A DNA stretch of 64,000 nucleotides from Cercozoa sp. M6MM (lineage: Eukaryota > Protista > Endomyxa: Ascetosporea): NCBI GenBank assembly GCA_040357565.1, contig JBDODJ010000057.1; one strand, written 5' to 3'. The notes under the pieces were generated by a model. The model saw nothing but the letters and a program-made list of their open reading frames with translations, was not told the DNA's origin and did no database searches. Positions 59,124 through 64,000 of the stretch are shown here, in pieces. The position numbers were made by a program, and so were the translations under genes. How positions within the stretch are numbered: the first letter of the stretch is position 1; every line of letters starts with the position of its first letter.

Positions 59124-61851
59124 ATGTCGTTTTTGGAGCACAAATGGCTGCTCAATCGATGGGTCGTCCTGCTGTCGTCGTTGCTGCTGTTTGTGGCGCT
59201 GGGACAGCTGTACGCTTGGGGCAGCGAGACTGTCTACGTAGGCCTGCTTTTATTATTTCTTCCAGTAGATAAAGATCGTATTTATCGTGTGTGCAAACAC
59301 CCGCAACAGATCACATCCTGGCTGCGTACGCACATCCCGAACGTGGTCTACGAGGACACTCTCTTTGTGTTTGGAGCGGTGTGTTCTCTTGTCGTTTTCT
59401 GCAAATGTCTTTGTGCACTCGTGTGTGTCCTCTGGGCAGACGTCGGTTGGCCTGAGTGTCGGCGGCCTCGTGGTCGGCAAGGCGTTCGACCAGTGGCCCA
59501 AGATGATGCGCTGGATCAACCGTACACCGCCGTCTTGATCTCTTCGAGTCTTTTTACTCGAAGCATTTTTGGTATCTTCCCAGTGGGCGGTGCCGTGATC
59601 TTTGTCGCCTCCATCGCCGTGGCGCCACTGTCGCGCTCGCTTCCTTTCTTCCTGTAGATTTCGATTTTCAGACCATCGATTGTGACACGTGCGAATCAAA
59701 CCGTCTTTTTACCTTGCAGTGGCACCTATGGTTTCACACGTGGCTTTGGCATGGGCATTGCGCACCTGGGACCGCTGATTGCCGTGCAGAGATGTATTGA
59801 GTTGTTTATTTGTTGTATTTTTTCGGATTTTCCCGCATCCACGCGGACGCTAAAATTGTGGCTTTTGACGGATAGGGTTCCCCAAGAACCTCGGTTTGGC
59901 CAACGGTATTGTTGCGGCGGCGCTGGGCGGCGGTGCCTTTGTGACCATCCAGGTGGGTCTGACCCCCTCCCCTTCCTTTACCCCCTTCACCCCCTCCCTG
60001 TCTAGGTGTTTGCGGCGCTAGTGAACCCGTGGAAGGACTCGTTGCCTGATGGGTACACTCTTGTTGCAGCTTTTGATCCCTAAGCTTCCTACCACCTGTA
60101 CTTATTTTTTGTGCAGCGAGCAGTACTTTCCGCCTGACTCGCGTGTCACTGTGCGGGTACTCTGGGTTGTAGCTTTCTCCACCCCCACTTCCTTGTACCC
60201 CTCCTCCCTGTGTACCTCAGGTGCCCAAGTCGCTGTGGCAGCTCGCCTTCATTTTTATCTTTGTCGCACTCATGTGAGTTTTTGTCTCCTTTACCCCCTC
60301 TTTACCCCCCTCTTTACCCCCCCTCTTACCCCCCTCTTACCCCCCTACCCCTCATGTATGATTTACAGTCCGGCCGCGTTGATTGCTAATCCGCTGCCGA
60401 AGCCGCGACCGGTAGTTGCCCCCTATACCCCTTTACCCTTTACCCCCCTTTACCCCCCCCCCCCCTACCTCCCTTCATCCCCTTAGGCGAGTGTCGCCAA
60501 CGCCGACGAATCGTTTGTCGAAGAGGTGTGGTCCATGTGGTTCTGTTGGGGTGCAGTCGTGTCCATATGTACGGTACCGATAGGACGAAATGGACGGGCA
60601 TGGACACGGCGGTGCCAGTCTGTCCAATGTACGTGTAGCCACTTGTAGCCACTTGTAGGCATTGTATTTGTATGTGTGTGTATGTATGTGTGTGTCTGCA
60701 CAGATCAAGGACATGCCGGTGCGCGAAACGCTGCGCTCGGGACGGTTCTACCTGGTGGTGCTGGCCTTCATTCTGAGCACGATGGGTGGCCACGTGGTGA
60801 TCGGTACCTACAAGACGGTGGGCCAGCAGTACCACAGCGATCACGCGCTGAACCTGCTGGGCGCCATCGCAGCGCTCGGCAACTCGTCGGGCCGCGTCGT
60901 GTTCGGCCTGCTGCTGGACCGCTTCGGCTACCGTCTGCCGCTGGCTGCTGCCATGGGTACGCTCGTCCATTTGTACCGGCCCTTTGTACTGGCTTTTTGT
61001 ATTGGCTCTTTGTACTGGCTCTTTGTACTGGCTCTTTGTACTGGCTTTTTGTATTGGCTTTTTGTATTGGCTTTTTGAACTGGCTTTTTGTATTGGCTTT
61101 TTGAACTGGCTTTTTGTACTGGCCCTTGGTACTATGTGTACTGTGTACTGGGCATGTGTATGTGCTGTCTGTGTAGTGGTCCAGATGGTCCTGCTGCTGG
61201 TGTATCCGGCCTCGTGGATCATGTCGTCGCTCCCGCTGTTCGGACTGCTGACGACGCTGCTCTTCATGCTGTACGGCGCTGCTTTCGCGGTTGGTTTCGC
61301 GTGCTTGCTTACCTCTACCCCCCCCCCGTCCTGCTTTACCCTCATGCTTGGGCAGATCTTCCCGTACGTGACATGCACGTTCTTTGGCATCAAGAATTTC
61401 GGACTCTTCTACGGCGTCGTCATGTTCGGCTGGGGCTTTGCGTAGCTTTTGTCTGGCGCTCCCTTAACCTTTACTGACCCTCTTAACCCCCTTAATCCCT
61501 CCTGTAGTGGTCTGGTGGCCGATACGATCGTGAAGATTCTGTTTGAGCGTCTGACGCTCTTCTGGTTCTTCGGTAGGTCGGGTATCTACCCTGAGGGGAG
61601 ACGTGTCTATTCTGTGTCTGGCTACTGTAGCCGTGTTCGCCGGCGTGAGTGTGCTGGCCTTTGTGGCGGCACTGCTGCTGCGACCGCCGACAGAGAATGA
61701 TCCCAAGTCTGCCGCCACCGACGGTGACACCGACGGTGCCGTCGACTCGGTCGCCGGCAGCTGCACGTGCCGCCCGGACGACGAGACTGACTCGGCCGAC
61801 ACGCCGCTGCTGCACAACACCGGCAATGACAATAGTGTCAACTACGTCTAA
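59124..61851 (+). CDS. MFS transporter, oxalate:formate antiporter (OFA)/MCT-like
   Basis: GQLYAWG, GFGMGIAHLGPL...WFPKNLGLANGIVAAALGGGA, GNSSGRVVFGLLLDRFG and FFGIKNFGLFYG, with many TM exons. Confidence 0.88.
60970..61125 (+). repeat. 14-bp minisatellite (TTTGTAYTGGCTYT, about 11 units) inside the intron at 60957-61176
   Basis: Head-to-tail units with no spacers. Confidence 0.9.
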
Positions 61852-62100
61852 ACGACCCCCCGTCTACCCTAGGATGTCACTTAGATTTAACGCAATCTAA
61901 CTCCGATTCAACGAAACCGTGTACAGTACTATGTTCTGGAGCTCACTTCCGAGTACTATTTTTAAACAAGCCAGTAGTAGAAGCCTACTCTATCGCCAAT
62001 CCGAGCAGCGCTGGTGTGTGATAGCACTTGTTTCTTGGCTTTACAGGTATTGTATGCTTTCTACAAGTCGTAGACAATGTATCTGATTTGGGGAGATCAG

Positions 62101-63338
62101 ATGGACGACGAGTCAAGCACTGTGTCGTCGGTGCTGACGGATCTGCTGGGGCGTCAACTCGAGCGTACAGTGCCACGCATTGAGGAACAATTCTCTGTTG
62201 GCGCTGAACTGATTGACGAGGTTGTTGGTGCGTTTCTTGCGCGCCAAAGCTTGACCTGGTTTGGACTGACTTTTGTTTCAGGTGCTTGGGCGGAAGTACA
62301 GAAAGATCCAGACGTGAAAGCCGCGATTGGTATCGTTAGTTTGGCTCAATCGGTTGAACGCACTCATCTTCTGTTCTTAGGGTCTGACGCTGACGAAGCT
62401 TTTGAGGTAGATTGCGTTTTGTTTGAAATTAAAGCTTCGATTAAGAACGACACCCCGCAGAAAATCAAAGCTGCGTCAGAGACGCTTCAGCTTGCCTATG
62501 ATGCAACACAACTGCAGAAACGCGTTTTCACTTCGCTGATGGTACCCTGTGTGTGTGACTAGTGCCACAGTTTCAAAGGTCGATGTTGACTCGAGGTGCG
62601 TAGACTCGAGTATCCAACGCTGCGGAAGACGAGTTGAAAACTGCCAACTTCGAGCAGTGGGCGAAAGAAGCACAACAACGACACGAACAAGTGTGTTGTG
62701 CTTTTACAAAACACTTTGCTTCGAACTCGTTGTCTGTAGGACCCAGCGTACAGGCAATGGAAAGCCAATGCACGTCGGGCACGGTGTGCTTATCCTCGGT
62801 GTACTGTGTGTTTTCGATGTTGAGCTGTGTGTTGTGCAGACAGCAGAACCTACAGCGCACCTTCCAAAGGTTAACGCAGGAGGACACGCTGGAGCCTGAT
62901 GAAGACATGGCCGAGGACGAGAACATGCGTGTCATGGACGACGAGGAGGACACTGAGGAGACACTGCGCTGCCCGTACCTGCTTTCACAGTTTAATTTGC
63001 CTTGTACTGGTCGCTGGACATGTGCACAGACTGACGGCTCAGCTGTTGGAGAACCCTGTGCGTGCACCATGTTCGCACGTTATGTCACGCGACGCTGCTT
63101 TCAACTACCTCGCTGGCGGTAACCTTCCTTGTGGTTCTCGATGTTGTCAAACCAGATAGTTTTTTCTTTTTTCGAAACCAGGCGTCAGTGGCCGCATGCC
63201 GTGTCCTGTGGCCGGGTGCGGACGTCACTTCACGCGCGAGCAGCTGCAGAGCGACGGCGCCGTGCAGGCGCGACTCAACAAGTTCCGTCGGCAGCGTCTC
63301 TACAAACGCGTTGGCTTTCTTCTGTGTTTAGCCTCTCG

Positions 63339-63391
<53 letters not shown>

Positions 63392-63510
63392 TTGCCTCCA
63401 TGTTATAGTGACCTGGGTTATGTGTGGAACGACAGGAACCGGCTCTCGAGGGCGACTACGACCTCACACAGGCCAACTCCATGTCGGTGCCGATGGACGA
63501 TGAAGATTAA
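62101..63510 (+). CDS. NSE2: NSE2/MMS21 SUMO E3 ligase (SP-RING) of the SMC5/6 complex
   Basis: Helical N-terminus, acidic linker, then LRCP|LTAQLLENPVRAPCSHVMSRDAAFNYL...MPCPVAGC. Confidence 0.82.
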
Positions 63511-63547
63511 ATACAAAGCAACTTATTCCGTCGCATTTGAATCTGAT

Positions 63548-63955
63548 TGTTTCAGACTGACTCAGATTATGCAGTCTCCGCGGGGATAAACCCAGACAGA
63601 CCAGTTGGTCTCCCATCATTGAAGCAAAAGCGAAAAAAAGTTAAGGTTTGTGGCTCTACGGTACTACTGCCTATAGAGCCTGTCCTGTAAATTTATTAGA
63701 TTGAGCCTGCCAGTTGGCAAAGAAAACCTCATCTACTTGGCATCGATATCAGTTGCTCTGCAGTTTGTACTAATCTTCTCACGATTTTCCCTGTGACGGA
63801 AGTTTCGTCTACAACTCCGTCTAGTTTTACGTAGAACCCAGTTGGGGTAATTCTTCACTTCGCTTCTACTAATTGAATCATTGATTCCCTCGCTTCGTCT
63901 AATTGACGACTTACTTCTTCTGTTTAGTTCGTTTCACTGACAACCGTCAGTAACA
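63548..63955 (+). mobile_element. Putative solo LTR, 408 bp
   Basis: Starts TGTT and ends AACA, with imperfect terminal inverted repeats TGTTtcagACTGAC/GTCAGTAACA. Flanked by a TGAT direct repeat (63544-63547 and 63956-63959). A related 5' end occurs at 6681 on the minus strand. Confidence 0.72.
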
Positions 63956-64000
63956 TGATTAATTGCACATCAAGATATTTAACACATCGGTGTCATAGCG

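Noticed and set aside
60970-61125. CRISPR-like array or coding hydrophobic repeat (YWLFVLA ORFs)
   Set aside because: The units have no spacers, and the flanking MFS exons join in frame when the array is spliced out.

Overview
This is eukaryotic nuclear DNA from a gene-dense, intron-rich genome, most likely a protist; the lineage cannot be fixed from this window. Introns are short (mostly about 45-200 nt), and every junction I reconstructed is GT-AG under the standard code. The ORF track is therefore mostly exon fragments and microsatellite artefacts, and the gene models below were spliced by hand. About 27 protein-coding genes are present. Recognisable ones are a GT25-like glycosyltransferase, MSH5, VAMP7, a TEY-type MAPK, a CCR4/nocturnin-like EEP enzyme, an Ariadne RBR E3 ligase, an FMO, ABHD17, adenosine kinase, eIF3g, an alpha-kinase, PNGase, a divergent sterol 24-C-methyltransferase, malonyl-CoA:ACP transacylase, a bacterial/phage-like macrodomain protein, a CHTOP-like protein, a strictosidine-synthase/APMAP-like protein, an OFA-type MFS transporter and NSE2; the rest are hypotheticals. 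Non-coding features are two convergent U3 snoRNA genes with conserved upstream elements, a 408-bp solo LTR with a 4-bp target-site duplication plus a related fragment, a degenerate copy of the ABHD17 3' end, and many intronic micro- and minisatellites. The most unusual signal is architectural: in conserved housekeeping genes, introns more than about 0.4-1 kb downstream of the start codon fill with sense-strand (T)TTACCC(C)/poly-C motifs, and 5' splice sites mostly lack G+5. No database searches were run; all assignments come from motif recognition.
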